This document shows positions 1 through 8,580 of a stretch of 32,000 nt of DNA, piece after piece. The notes below the pieces were generated by a model. That model saw only the letters and a list, made by a program, of their open reading frames with translations, was not told the DNA's origin and searched no databases. Positions within the stretch are counted from its first letter, which is position 1. Each line of letters starts with the position of its first letter. Source of the DNA: Candidatus Saccharimonadota bacterium (GTDB lineage: Archaea > Micrarchaeota > Micrarchaeia > Micrarchaeales > Micrarchaeaceae); the NCBI GenBank assembly GCA_963705375.1, contig OY970071.1, forward strand, positions 510,001 to 542,000, given 5' to 3'. A program made the translations under genes and the position numbers.

Positions 1-35
1 AACCAGAACTGCCGGCGTATGCCGCGGCGTACTTG

Positions 36-80
36 ATAATGAAGCGGCTTGCGACGCTGCTGTGAAAGGGACATACGACA
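36..80. repeat. copy 1 of an approximately 45-nt repeat (core GGCTTGCGACGCTGCT)
   Basis: TGATAATGAAGCGGCTTGCGACGCTGCTGTGAAAGGGACATACGA aligns with 738-782 (GCTACTGAAGAGGCTTGCGACGCTGCTATGAAAAGAGACGAGTGA), and 16 consecutive nt are identical. Confidence 0.6.
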
Positions 81-152
81 TTCCAGACAGCCAATCTGGT
101 TTTCTTAGTTTTATTATGGAGTTCGTCCATTTTGGGGCGTTGTGGCACTATT

Positions 153-674
153 CTACCCTCCCATAATATAGAATTCAGCCATACGAGCGCCAACTATCGT
201 GAGCGTTGTCTCGGCAAACTCTTTGAACCGCCCATCCTTCTTGGCTTGCGTAATTTGTTCCTTAAACGCTTCATACCTTACTTTCACTGCATCTTCCACG
301 TCTTTAGAAGTACCCAGACCTGCCCGAGTGGCAGCTTTGCACATATTATCGAGCGCCCTACCCATTTCCGCACGCATTTTGATATTCGGTGCATCAAGGA
401 GCGTCAGCAGAATAGCTTCACCCCAATAATCATTTGCGACACCACGTAAAAGAATTTTTTTGGCGTCACCTTCAAATTTCGAACTAAGACCCATCATGTC
501 GTCTGCAGCCGTCTTGAGCGCATCGGCAATGACATTGATGCGTTCTTCCAGCTTGAATGTTCCGAACGCAGCCACAGTAGCATCAGACATTGTGCTTGTG
601 CTCTGTGCATTTCGGCCAGTGGAGGGATTCGTCTGACTCTCAGGCTCCGCAGCGACTGCAGATTTTGGATGCAT
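153..674 (-). CDS. hypothetical protein, 173 aa, no recognisable family
   Basis: This is the longest ORF in the region. The ATG at 674 lies 29 nt downstream of an AT-rich TATA-like box (minus strand CTAGAAAGTAATAAAT, 705-720), which is leaderless-type spacing. I can assign no catalytic or family motif. Confidence 0.6.
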   Translation of the reverse strand: MHPKSAVAAEPESQTNPSTGRNAQSTSTMSDATVAAFGTFKLEERINVIADALKTAADDMMGLSSKFEGDAKKILLRGVANDYWGEAILLTLLDAPNIKMRAEMGRALDNMCKAATRAGLGTSKDVEDAVKVRYEAFKEQITQAKKDGRFKEFAETTLTIVGARMAEFYIMGG

Positions 675-704
675 ATGATCACATTAAGGTTTGTTGAGCA
701 GAAG

Positions 705-720
705 ATTTATTACTTTCTAG
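705..720 (-). promoter_or_regulatory. putative BRE/TATA promoter of the 153-674 gene
   Basis: The minus strand reads CTAGAAAGTAATAAAT, followed by 29 nt to the ATG. The 12-mer CTAGAAAGTAAT recurs at the same relative position upstream of the 20040-20618 gene. Confidence 0.45.
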
Positions 721-737
721 CAGGAAAATATTTATCA

Positions 738-782
738 GCTACTGAAGAGGCTTGCGACGCTGCTATGAAAAGAGACGAGTGA
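738..782. repeat. copy 2 of an approximately 45-nt repeat (core GGCTTGCGACGCTGCT)
   Basis: See copy 1. This copy lies just upstream (minus-strand sense) of the TATA-like box of the 153-674 gene. Confidence 0.6.
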
Positions 783-853
783 GGCCTCACACATTTCAAA
801 AGATTGCCGGCGAAACGCTCACTTTTCTGGGATCGACGTGCCAAAAGACAAGC

Positions 854-861
854 TTTTTATT
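854..861 (+). promoter_or_regulatory. putative TATA box of the DUF373 gene
   Basis: CTTTTTATTC lies about 28 nt upstream of the ATG at 890, with no Shine-Dalgarno sequence, giving a leaderless-type architecture. Confidence 0.45.
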
Positions 862-889
862 CTGCTGGTCTTCATACTATTGAGAATGC

Positions 890-2110
890 ATGGGAGAAAG
901 GATTCTTGTACTGGATGTCGATTCCGACAATGACCTCTATAAGAAGGCGAAAATAGCAGGCCCTGTGATCGGCAGAGGAGAGAACCTTAGGGCAGCTTCA
1001 AAGCTTGCGCTTGCTGACCCGCAAGACCCTGATGCTAACGCGATGTTCGAGGCCGTGCGCAAGTATGACGAGCTTAAGAAGAAAGGCTATTCTGTTTCAG
1101 TCGCAACAATAACCGGAGCAGAAAAGGAGGGCTATGTTGCGGACAGGGAGCTCTCAAGGCAGATAGATACGGTGATCGACAGGCTGAAGAGCGATGTCTG
1201 TGTGCTTGTGACGGACGGCACCAGCGACTCGAGAGTAGTGCCGCTGCTCAAGAACAGGATAAAGCTAAACAGCGTAGACCTGGTGCGCATGAAGCAGGCA
1301 GAGCAATTGGAGAACACATACTTCACCGTGCTTGAAAAACTCAAGGAGCCGCACTACGCGAGGATCGTGTTCGGCATACCTGCGATTCTCCTTTTGCTAT
1401 TCGCACTTAGCTATTACCTGAAACTAGGATGGGAGTTTCCAGTGGCGCTCATCGGCATATACTTGATATTCCAAGGCTTCGGCCTGATGGACGCGCTGTC
1501 TGAGTCGTTCAGAGGCCTCGGGTTCAGCGTGGAGAGGCTCAGCTTCGTGTTCTATGTCGGAGCGATGCTGTTCTTCGTTATCAGCCTTATTGTGGCTTAC
1601 GGGTCGTACGCCAATGCGGCAGCAACCACTACGAACGGGCTGGTCACCGGCGCAAGCTTTGTGGAAGGATTCCTGATACTGTTCCCTGTGAGCCTTGTGC
1701 TCTACCTTGTCGGCAGGGTCATAGACCTGCGCAACAAACGCATGCGATACAGAGCCATAACACAAGGAGCCTACATAGGCTACACGATAGTCGCTGTTGC
1801 GCTCATGGGCCTGGCATCAGCATGGATAGTCGGCCAGTTGTACTTCTGGGAATTCCTGCTCTTCGGAGCGGCAGGAATAGCGGCAGGCTACGGCGTCTCT
1901 GCTTTCAGCACGTTCCTGCGCGTGAGCGCACTGAGGAAAGCGAAGATGAAGGACAAAGCAGTCATCAACGAGATAGGCGCGCGCATAGGCAAGATAACGA
2001 ACGTCGATCCAAAGCACGGAATCATATTCGTGAAGACAGAGTACGGCAGCGTTCTGCGCTACGATGTCGATAGGATAACTGGAGTCTCAGACAGGGTAAC
2101 GATAAGATAA
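890..2110 (+). CDS. DUF373-family archaeal integral membrane protein
   Basis: The N-terminal soluble domain (ILVLDVDSDNDL...GPVIGRGENLRAASKLALADPQDPDANAMFEAV...VTDGTSDSRV) matches my recollection of the conserved DUF373 N-terminus. It is followed by about 7 hydrophobic spans and a short C-terminal beta-rich tail. Confidence 0.75.
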   Translation: MGERILVLDVDSDNDLYKKAKIAGPVIGRGENLRAASKLALADPQDPDANAMFEAVRKYDELKKKGYSVSVATITGAEKEGYVADRELSRQIDTVIDRLKSDVCVLVTDGTSDSRVVPLLKNRIKLNSVDLVRMKQAEQLENTYFTVLEKLKEPHYARIVFGIPAILLLLFALSYYLKLGWEFPVALIGIYLIFQGFGLMDALSESFRGLGFSVERLSFVFYVGAMLFFVISLIVAYGSYANAAATTTNGLVTGASFVEGFLILFPVSLVLYLVGRVIDLRNKRMRYRAITQGAYIGYTIVAVALMGLASAWIVGQLYFWEFLLFGAAGIAAGYGVSAFSTFLRVSALRKAKMKDKAVINEIGARIGKITNVDPKHGIIFVKTEYGSVLRYDVDRITGVSDRVTIR

Positions 2111-2122
2111 ACAGATGCCTCT

Positions 2123-2638
2123 TTAGTTGCGGCCCTTACGGATAAGGCCCTTATTGGATTGCGCATCTATGGTTTGCGCATCCTCGCAATACAGGCTCGC
2201 GAACGCAGTATCTTTTTCGGTGAACGCGCACACGGTGCCGCATCTGGTAAGCACGACATGTTTAACGCCGTTATGCACCATGTTTGGTATCATGTCTCGG
2301 ATGCTGCCAGGCTTCGCGAGTATCTCGGGGTCCAAGTTCTTTAATTTTGTTGTTATTTGGCCCAAGGTCATTATCTTGCCCGCATAATATGTGCCGGAAT
2401 TGTTGATTCTTTTTCCTATGGACATTCGTGCCTCGGATTTATCCTGACTCTTCGCATCAAAGAACCTGAAACCTACCGCATTTGTGGGCAGGTTATTCAG
2501 AGCCCATTGTACATCCCTTCCGACCACCTCTTTCGGAGCACCTGGCTCTAGACTGAGGCAAACCGGATAAAGATATTCTATGTAGGTTTTAACTTCATTT
2601 TTTGTTTTTGTTTCTGAAGGCATCCGTACCACGGGCAT
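2123..2638 (-). CDS. hypothetical protein, paralogue A of a tandem pair (171 aa)
   Basis: It shares with the neighbouring ORF the blocks MP..KTK..V.TY..YLYP, APK.V..RDV..AL.N.P..A.GFRFFDA, SG.YY.G..M.L.Q and VVLTR.G. A TATA-like box lies 26 nt upstream of the ATG. Confidence 0.7.
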   Translation of the reverse strand: MPVVRMPSETKTKNEVKTYIEYLYPVCLSLEPGAPKEVVGRDVQWALNNLPTNAVGFRFFDAKSQDKSEARMSIGKRINNSGTYYAGKIMTLGQITTKLKNLDPEILAKPGSIRDMIPNMVHNGVKHVVLTRCGTVCAFTEKDTAFASLYCEDAQTIDAQSNKGLIRKGRN

Positions 2639-2664
2639 AATAATAGGTTGTGAGATATTGTGAG

Positions 2665-2680
2665 ATATATAGATATTTTT
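2665..2680 (-). promoter_or_regulatory. putative TATA box of paralogue A
   Basis: The minus strand reads AAAAATATCTATATAT about 26 nt upstream of the ATG at 2638. It is homologous to the box upstream of paralogue B. Confidence 0.45.
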
Positions 2681-2801
2681 GCCATTCGACAGTTGCCGGT
2701 TTTAACAAACGAAGGCACAGATGCCAATTAATTACAAAATAGCTCAATAGTAGTCGACCCGGGCCAAAGGACATCACAGAACTCATTAAGATAAGGCGCG
2801 C

Positions 2802-3311
2802 TCACCTGTCGTCTCCGCGCATGAAGCACTCCTTGTATTGCTGCGTCTCATTGGTCGCGTGCACGTCTCTTTTGGATGGAGCTTCAAGAACTGTATCGCA
2901 CTCCGTAAGGACATACAGGCCATTCCCTCTTGTCAATACGACTTTGTCCTCTTCGTTTGCACCATCAGCAATCATGCGGGCTGCTGCAAATAGCGGCTTA
3001 GTTGTCGCAGTCTTAAAGGGCAGGGCTTCCATTGCTTGTTTTAAGGACATCGCCTCGCCAACATAATAACTGCCAGAAATATTGAAGGCGCTAGGAAAAA
3101 GCTTCCCTGTTTCTGGCTCTACTGCATCGAAAAACCTAAACCCTATCGCATCTCCAGGCATATTCTTGAGAGCAGCGTTCACATCCCTTTCGTATACCTT
3201 CTTCGGGGCGCAAACCCCTTGAGACGCCGGGTCAAATAGAGTGGACTCATTTGGATATAAATACACTAAATAGGTTCTGACGTCATCCTTTGTTTTCGAT
3301 CCGGAAGGCAT
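2802..3311 (-). CDS. hypothetical protein, paralogue B of a tandem pair (169 aa)
   Basis: It carries the same conserved blocks as 2123-2638 (see that entry). A TATA-like box lies about 30 nt upstream. Confidence 0.7.
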   Translation of the reverse strand: MPSGSKTKDDVRTYLVYLYPNESTLFDPASQGVCAPKKVYERDVNAALKNMPGDAIGFRFFDAVEPETGKLFPSAFNISGSYYVGEAMSLKQAMEALPFKTATTKPLFAAARMIADGANEEDKVVLTRGNGLYVLTECDTVLEAPSKRDVHATNETQQYKECFMRGDDR

Positions 3312-3340
3312 TCTATCACAAATCTAATCCGCGCCTGGAG

Positions 3341-3356
3341 ATATATATTTTTATCG
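3341..3356 (-). promoter_or_regulatory. putative TATA box of paralogue B
   Basis: The minus strand reads CGATAAAAATATATAT about 30 nt upstream of the ATG at 3311. Confidence 0.45.
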
Positions 3357-3478
3357 TTTGGCAACTGCGATTCAAATAGCAAAGGCATAAATGCTTAATA
3401 ATTGTGAAAACTGTTTGGTAGGCAGTGCGTTTTGAGCAGAGTTTAGAGTAAAACCGGATAGCGCAAAGGTTTAAATCT

Positions 3479-3772
3479 ATGAGCTACAATAACAAGAGCA
3501 TAGTATTGCATGAGCTCATCGGCTTAGATGCAGAAGTCGTGAACTGCAGCGATCGCTCACAGATAGGCGTCAAAGGCAGAGTTATAAACGAAACAAAGAA
3601 TCTGCTGCTTATCAATTGCGACGGTGTGACGAAGAAAATCGTCAAAAAGAGCTGCGTGTTTAAGTTCCGCCACAATGGGCAGAGCTTTGTGGTAGGCGGC
3701 GAAGAGATAGACTTCAGGCCCCACGAGCGCATCGAGAAAAGCATGAAGTACTACAAAAAGAGGAAATTATAG
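3479..3772 (+). CDS. rnp1: ribonuclease P protein component 1 (Rpp29/Pop4)
   Basis: The HELIGLDAEVVNCSDRSQIGVKGRVINETKNLLLI pattern is typical of archaeal Rpp29. The position immediately upstream of S17 is the canonical archaeal arrangement. Confidence 0.85.
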   Translation: MSYNNKSIVLHELIGLDAEVVNCSDRSQIGVKGRVINETKNLLLINCDGVTKKIVKKSCVFKFRHNGQSFVVGGEEIDFRPHERIEKSMKYYKKRKL

Positions 3773-3780
3773 GTGCAGAA

Positions 3781-4077
3781 ATGGAATGTAACGATGTGAA
3801 GTGCCCTATCCATGGGCAGCTAAAAACGCACGGTATGGTGCTGGAAGGCATAGTTGTCAGCGATAAGGCCAAGAAGACCGCTGTGATTGAAAGGTCTTAC
3901 ACCATATACCTGCACAAGTACGAGCGTTCGCTCAGAAGAACTTCAAGGATAGCGGCGTACAGCCCTGAGTGCATAGGAGCAAAGACAGGGGACACCGTGC
4001 GCATAGCAGGCACTAGAAGGTTGAGCAAGATGAAATCGTTTGTCGTTACGGAGATAGTCAAAAAGGCGAGCCAATGA
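3781..4077 (+). CDS. rps17: 30S ribosomal protein S17 (uS17)
   Basis: Sequence similarity (GIVVSDKAKKTAVIE...YLHKYERS...GDTVRIAGTRRLSK) and operon position support the call. A GGTG Shine-Dalgarno-like element lies upstream. Confidence 0.93.
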   Translation: MECNDVKCPIHGQLKTHGMVLEGIVVSDKAKKTAVIERSYTIYLHKYERSLRRTSRIAAYSPECIGAKTGDTVRIAGTRRLSKMKSFVVTEIVKKASQ

Positions 4078-4475
4078 AATCACTTTCTTCAAAAATAACT
4101 AAAGGGTTGGTGCCAACCAGCACAATAACGTGCGCAGACAACAGCGGAGCGCACACACTCATGCTCATAGGCGTGATCGGAAGGAGCGCGGCAAGGAAAG
4201 GAAGAATGCCAAAGGCAGGTGTAGGGGATATTATAATTGCAAGTGTGAAGACAGGCACACCCCAGATGGTCAAGAAGAAAGTGCGTGCGGTCATAATAAG
4301 ACAGAGGCAGACGATAAGAAGGCCCAATGGCATTCGCGTCAGATTCGAGGACAATGCAGGCGTCCTTGTGACTGATGCAGATATAGCAGTAGGCACTGAG
4401 ATCAAGGGAGCGATGGCAAGGGAGGTCGTGGAGCGCTACATCAAGCTTGCAGGCATAGCATCAAGAGTGGTATGA
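4074..4475 (+). CDS. rpl14: 50S ribosomal protein L14 (uL14)
   Basis: The motifs ITCADNSGA...GDIIIASVK...IRFEDNAGV are present. The ATGA start/stop overlaps S17. Confidence 0.95.
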   Translation: MKSLSSKITKGLVPTSTITCADNSGAHTLMLIGVIGRSAARKGRMPKAGVGDIIIASVKTGTPQMVKKKVRAVIIRQRQTIRRPNGIRVRFEDNAGVLVTDADIAVGTEIKGAMAREVVERYIKLAGIASRVV

Positions 4476-4889
4476 ATGGTTGGAGGACAGGCTAGAAAAC
4501 AAAGATTATTCAGATTCACTGCACCGCTTCACGCGAGGCGCGGCTTTGTGCATGCACACATAGACAAAGCTACGAAGCAGAAACTGGGGATAAAGAAGAA
4601 TAGCACGCAGGTGCGTAGAGGGGACACAGTGAAGGTCATGGCAGGAAGCAACAAAGGAAAGAGCGGCAAGGTCACAAACGTTAACCTGCGCACAAGCAAG
4701 ATTACGATAAACTCTGTAACAAGGAAGAACGCGCGCGGAAAGGAGTATGGGATACCGATCAGCGCAAACAACGTTTATATCACGGAGCTCAATCTCGATG
4801 ATAAGCTTCGCGTAAAGAAGCTCATGCCTGCACAGGGCACCGACACGACAACGAAAGCGGCGTCGAAAGAGGCAGCTTCCAAGAAGTGA
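4476..4889 (+). CDS. rpl24: 50S ribosomal protein L24 (uL24)
   Basis: A KOW-type motif (VRRGDTVKVMAGSNKGKSGKV) is present, and the operon order is consistent. Confidence 0.93.
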   Translation: MVGGQARKQRLFRFTAPLHARRGFVHAHIDKATKQKLGIKKNSTQVRRGDTVKVMAGSNKGKSGKVTNVNLRTSKITINSVTRKNARGKEYGIPISANNVYITELNLDDKLRVKKLMPAQGTDTTTKAASKEAASKK

Positions 4890-4894
4890 TATTG

Positions 4895-5578
4895 ATGGGG
4901 AAGAAAGGAAACTCAAGACACATGAAAAGCCTGAATGCGCCAAAGTTTTTCGGCGTGCACAGAAAGGAGTGCAAGTATGTCGCGAAGCCTCATGCGGGCA
5001 GGCACACACTGGAAAGGGCAGCATCTCTGGCACTGGTGCTTGAGAAGACTGCAGTTGCGAAGAGCATGGGCGAAGCAAAGCGTATGCTGGTCGCCAGAAG
5101 CATTCTGGTCAACGGAAAGACAATAACAGACAGCAAGTATGCTGTCGGCCTTAACGACGTGGTTGAGATAACAACGGAAGGCAAGCGCTACAAGATAGAC
5201 ATAAACAGACAGGGCCACATGGTGCCTGTGCAGATGGAAAAGGCGGAGAGCTCTAACACTTACAAAGTCCTCGGAAAGTACAAGATCAAGAAAGGAGTCC
5301 TGATGCTGAGACTGCACGACGGTAGCGTGATAGCGGGCAATGCAGAAATAAACGTCAGCGATTCGATCCAGGTAGACCATTCAAGAAAGATAGTATCGCA
5401 ATTGAAGATGGGCGAAGGCGCCCAGTGCAGGGTCATAGACGGCGCGCACGTCGGTGCGCATGGCACGATCAAAGAACTCGTGAAAGGCGGCATGAACAGG
5501 GCAAGCGCAGTGATAATTGCGCAGACGGACGGCAGCACATTCCAGACGCCGGTAAGGAACATAATGGTCATCAAGTGA
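4895..5578 (+). CDS. rps4e: 30S ribosomal protein S4e (eS4)
   Basis: The N-terminus MGKKGNSRHMKSLNAP and overall similarity fit S4e. The ORF track starts at a GTG at 4886 that overlaps the L24 stop; I prefer the ATG at 4895. Confidence 0.92.
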   Translation: MGKKGNSRHMKSLNAPKFFGVHRKECKYVAKPHAGRHTLERAASLALVLEKTAVAKSMGEAKRMLVARSILVNGKTITDSKYAVGLNDVVEITTEGKRYKIDINRQGHMVPVQMEKAESSNTYKVLGKYKIKKGVLMLRLHDGSVIAGNAEINVSDSIQVDHSRKIVSQLKMGEGAQCRVIDGAHVGAHGTIKELVKGGMNRASAVIIAQTDGSTFQTPVRNIMVIK

Positions 5579-5582
5579 TTAT

Positions 5583-6125
5583 TTGGAAGACAATCCAATG
5601 CGTGCAATAAGGCTTGACAAGGTAGTGGTCAACATAGGCACGGGCGTAGACCAGCAGCAGCACGCGAATGCGCGCAAGCTTCTGGAGCTGATAACAGCAA
5701 GGAAGCCTGCCGACGAGATTTCAAAGAAGCGCATACCAGGCTACAAGACCTCGAAGGGCCAGAAGATAGGCACTTTTGTAACGCTAAGAGGCCAAGATGC
5801 CAAGGCGCTTGCGATAAGGCTGTTCGACGCGGTCAACGACACGCTAGGCACAAGGGCGGTCACGAACAATAGCATAAGCTTTGGAATAAAGGAATACATA
5901 GACATTTCAGGAATCAAGTACGATCCTAAGATCGGCATGATGGGCATGAACGTCAACATTGCGTTCAGGCGTGCAGGTCTGCGCGTGGAATTGAAGAAGA
6001 GGCACAGCGGCAGGGTGCCAAAGTACCACAAGATCATAAATGCTGATGAGCTGCGAGAGTACATAAAGAAGGAATTCAACGTGAGCTGCACCACGACCGA
6101 AGCAGGCAGCGCAGGGAGTCCATGA
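5583..6125 (+). CDS. rpl5: 50S ribosomal protein L5 (uL5)
   Basis: The N-terminus [16 protein letters not shown] is conserved and includes residues upstream of the first ATG, so I keep the TTG start at 5583. Confidence 0.92.
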   Translation: MEDNPMRAIRLDKVVVNIGTGVDQQQHANARKLLELITARKPADEISKKRIPGYKTSKGQKIGTFVTLRGQDAKALAIRLFDAVNDTLGTRAVTNNSISFGIKEYIDISGIKYDPKIGMMGMNVNIAFRRAGLRVELKKRHSGRVPKYHKIINADELREYIKKEFNVSCTTTEAGSAGSP

Positions 6126-6280
6126 AGGTTAGACAAGAAGAGAAATTCAAGGGCAGAGACGCCAGGAAGTGCAGGTTCTGCGGCACAGCGAGAGGTCTCA
6201 TAAGGGCGCATGGCCTGCAGATCTGCAGAAGATGCTTCCGTGAAGTGGCCAAAGGGCTAGGCTTTGAAAAATACGGTTGA
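6122..6280 (+). CDS. rps14: 30S ribosomal protein S14 type Z (uS14, zinc-binding), 52 aa
   Basis: This gene is absent from the ORF track because it is under 60 aa. My translation is [52 protein letters not shown], with CxxC...CxxC. The ATGA overlaps the L5 stop, and the position between L5 and S8 is canonical. Confidence 0.9.
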   Translation: MKVRQEEKFKGRDARKCRFCGTARGLIRAHGLQICRRCFREVAKGLGFEKYG

Positions 6281-6284
6281 TGCT

Positions 6285-6665
6285 ATGGACAAGTTTGCTG
6301 ATGCAATAAACAAGATAAAGACTAACGAGCGCATAGGCAGGGGCGAGTGCGTCATAGACTCGACGAAACTCATGCGGACAGTGCTTGACCTGCTCAAGCG
6401 TGAGGCGTACATAGACGGCTACGAGGAGTTTGTCGATAAGAAATTCAAGATGCTGCGGATAAAGCTGGCCAACAAGATAAACAACATCGGCGTCATAAAG
6501 CCGCGCTATGCCGTTCAGTGCGTAGAAATACAGAAATATGAGATGAGGTACATACCCAGCGAGAACTTCGGTGTGCTGATACTGTCAACGCCGAAAGGCA
6601 TAATGACAAACAGGCAGGCCAAGGAGAACAGCACAGGAGGCAGGCTGCTGGCGTACGTATATTGA
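6285..6665 (+). CDS. rps8: 30S ribosomal protein S8 (uS8)
   Basis: The sequence MDKFADAINKIKTNE...GVLILSTPKGIMT...GGRLLAYVY fits S8. The ORF track begins at a TTG at 6264 that overlaps S14 by 17 nt; the in-frame ATG at 6285 is more plausible. Confidence 0.92.
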   Translation: MDKFADAINKIKTNERIGRGECVIDSTKLMRTVLDLLKREAYIDGYEEFVDKKFKMLRIKLANKINNIGVIKPRYAVQCVEIQKYEMRYIPSENFGVLILSTPKGIMTNRQAKENSTGGRLLAYVY

Positions 6666-6672
6666 TGAGAGC

Positions 6673-7191
6673 ATGATCATACAAATACCAACCGGCGTGA
6701 CCGTCGAAGTCAATGACAACGTGATCACAACAAAGGGCAGCTTGGGCACAAACACCAGATCTGCCAACTCCAAGTTTCTGACAGTTTCGAAGAAGGACAA
6801 CACGGTCGTGATAGAGCCCGTCAAGAACGAAAAGCTCGCGAAGAAAGCGATGGAGGCGGAGATGTCAATGGCGAAGGAGATACAGAACGACATGCTCGGC
6901 GTGACCAAGAACTTCGAGATAAAGATGAAAGCGGTCTTCGCCCACTTCCCGATGAGCATAGAGATCAGGGGGGACAAGGTGCTGGTAAACAACCTTATAG
7001 GAGAGCGCAGCCCGCGCGTTGCCAACATACGCACAAATTCGAAGGTAGAGGCGAAGGGGCAGGACGTCAGGGTGTACGGCATAAGCAAGGACGCTGTGTC
7101 GCAGACCGCGGCAAACATAAAGCTTTCGTGCAAGATACGCAAGAAGGACGACAGGGCGTTCCAGGACGGCGTGTACTACGAGATTGAGTGA
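6673..7191 (+). CDS. rpl6: 50S ribosomal protein L6 (uL6)
   Basis: Similarity (IPTGVTVEVNDNVITTKG...FAHFPMSIEIRGDKVLVNNLIGER) and operon order support the call. Confidence 0.93.
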   Translation: MIIQIPTGVTVEVNDNVITTKGSLGTNTRSANSKFLTVSKKDNTVVIEPVKNEKLAKKAMEAEMSMAKEIQNDMLGVTKNFEIKMKAVFAHFPMSIEIRGDKVLVNNLIGERSPRVANIRTNSKVEAKGQDVRVYGISKDAVSQTAANIKLSCKIRKKDDRAFQDGVYYEIE

Positions 7192-7574
7192 TTATTGTGC
7201 AGAAGAAACAACATCCAAAGTTTAACATTCCGAACTTCGGAACATATGGCAGAGGACGCGTAAAGGCCAGATGGCGCAAGCAGCGCGGAATAGACAACAA
7301 GAAGCGCATCAAGAAGGCGCACATGGGCGCATCTCCAAGCATAGGCTACAGAAACCCGGCGCAGCTGCGCGGCCTGAAAAGCGACAACACGAGAGCAATG
7401 CTCGTCCACAACATGAAGGATCTGCAGGCCCTTGTTGAAAGAAAAGACATGAAGGAAGAGGTTGTTGCGACGATCGCAAGCAGGGTAGCAACAAAGAAGC
7501 GCTTAGAGATGACGAAGTTTGCCACGCAGCACAGCCTGCGCGTCACGAATGGTGTGTACAAATGGGTAAAGTGA
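7188..7574 (+). CDS. rpl32e: 50S ribosomal protein L32e (eL32)
   Basis: The motif RWRKQRGIDNKKR...GYRNP is present. The GTG start overlaps the L6 stop (GTGA). Confidence 0.9.
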   Translation: MIIVQKKQHPKFNIPNFGTYGRGRVKARWRKQRGIDNKKRIKKAHMGASPSIGYRNPAQLRGLKSDNTRAMLVHNMKDLQALVERKDMKEEVVATIASRVATKKRLEMTKFATQHSLRVTNGVYKWVK

Positions 7575-8041
7575 AACTCGTAAGAAGGATGGCCGGCCAG
7601 ATCATGGGCAGAGGCCAGAGCAACATCAGGATAAAGCCGAGCGCAATGGAAGACGTTAAGAACGTGCTTACAAGGGACGATGTGCGTGCGCTTGTAAAGG
7701 ATGGAAAGGTATACGCCGAGAAAGAAAAGCACAACTTAAGCCTGTACGGCAAAAAGCTCAGGGAAAAGAGAAAGGAAGGCAGAGGCCGTGGCGCAGGCAG
7801 AAGGAGAGGAAGCGCGAAGTCAAGGATGGGCAACATGGACCACAAGAAAAGGGTCAGGGCCCAGAGGCGCCTGCTCAAGATGCTCAAAGAGGAGAAGACC
7901 ATAAACAACGAGCAGTTCAAGAAGCTCTACGCGCTCGTAAGCGGCGGCACATTCAACAGCAAGGTATCGCTGCTCACCAAGATAAAGAGCACTGGAATCG
8001 AGCTCTCTGATGAGAAGTACGAGAAACTGAGGCATATTTGA
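7562..8041 (+). CDS. rpl19e: 50S ribosomal protein L19e (eL19)
   Basis: The basic repeat region GRGRGAGRRRG and the N-terminus VKLVRRMAGQIMGRGQSNIRI fit L19e, and the operon order is consistent. Confidence 0.92.
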   Translation: MGKVKLVRRMAGQIMGRGQSNIRIKPSAMEDVKNVLTRDDVRALVKDGKVYAEKEKHNLSLYGKKLREKRKEGRGRGAGRRRGSAKSRMGNMDHKKRVRAQRRLLKMLKEEKTINNEQFKKLYALVSGGTFNSKVSLLTKIKSTGIELSDEKYEKLRHI

Positions 8042-8580
8042 TGAGAATCATAAGAGCCAGAAGGAGCAACGCAAGCACGAACTACGCGAAGCGGATAGCT
8101 ATGCTTAAGAGCGGCATGCCCAGAGTAGTGGTCAGGAGAAGCAACAGGCAGGTGCTTGTCCAGCTGATCGGCTACAAGGAGAACGGCGACGTAGTCCTTG
8201 CAAGCGCAAGCTCGAAGGAGCTCAAGACGCTAGGCTGGGAGCCGAGGTGCAACATACCGACAGCATACCTCACAGGCATGCTGCTTGCGAAAAAGGCCAA
8301 GAAGCTTGCAGAGAAAGGAAGCATACTAGACATAGGGCTTTTCAGGCCCGTACAGGGCTCTGTAGAGTTTGCTGCTGCGAAGGGCTCGAAGGATGGCGGC
8401 ATGGCCGTTAAGTTCAATTCGGAATTCGACCCGAACAGGATAAACGGCGCGCACATCGCACGCTATGCAGCTGCGAAGCCAAAGGGAGCGCAGTTCTCGC
8501 TCTATTCCAAATCCGGCTTCGATGTCGCAAAGATCAGTGAAGTGTTTGAGATTGTAAAGAAGAAAATATCGAGTGATTGA
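8041..8580 (+). CDS. rpl18: 50S ribosomal protein L18 (uL18/L5e)
   Basis: The sequence RRSNASTNYAKRIAMLKSGMPRVVVRRSNRQVLVQLI fits L18. The ATG at 8041 overlaps the L19e stop by 1 nt; the ORF track uses a TTG at 8038. Confidence 0.92.
   Translation: MRIIRARRSNASTNYAKRIAMLKSGMPRVVVRRSNRQVLVQLIGYKENGDVVLASASSKELKTLGWEPRCNIPTAYLTGMLLAKKAKKLAEKGSILDIGLFRPVQGSVEFAAAKGSKDGGMAVKFNSEFDPNRINGAHIARYAAAKPKGAQFSLYSKSGFDVAKISEVFEIVKKKISSD

Noticed and set aside
1-166. Two competing partial ORFs at the left edge. The minus strand starts at ATG 131 (MDELHNKTKKTRLAVWNV...). A plus-strand frame runs in from the edge and stops at about 166 (...DNEAACDAAVKGTYDIPDSQSGF...).
   Set aside because: There is too little sequence to choose between them, neither has a recognisable motif, and both overlap the 45-nt repeat. 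I left the region unannotated.
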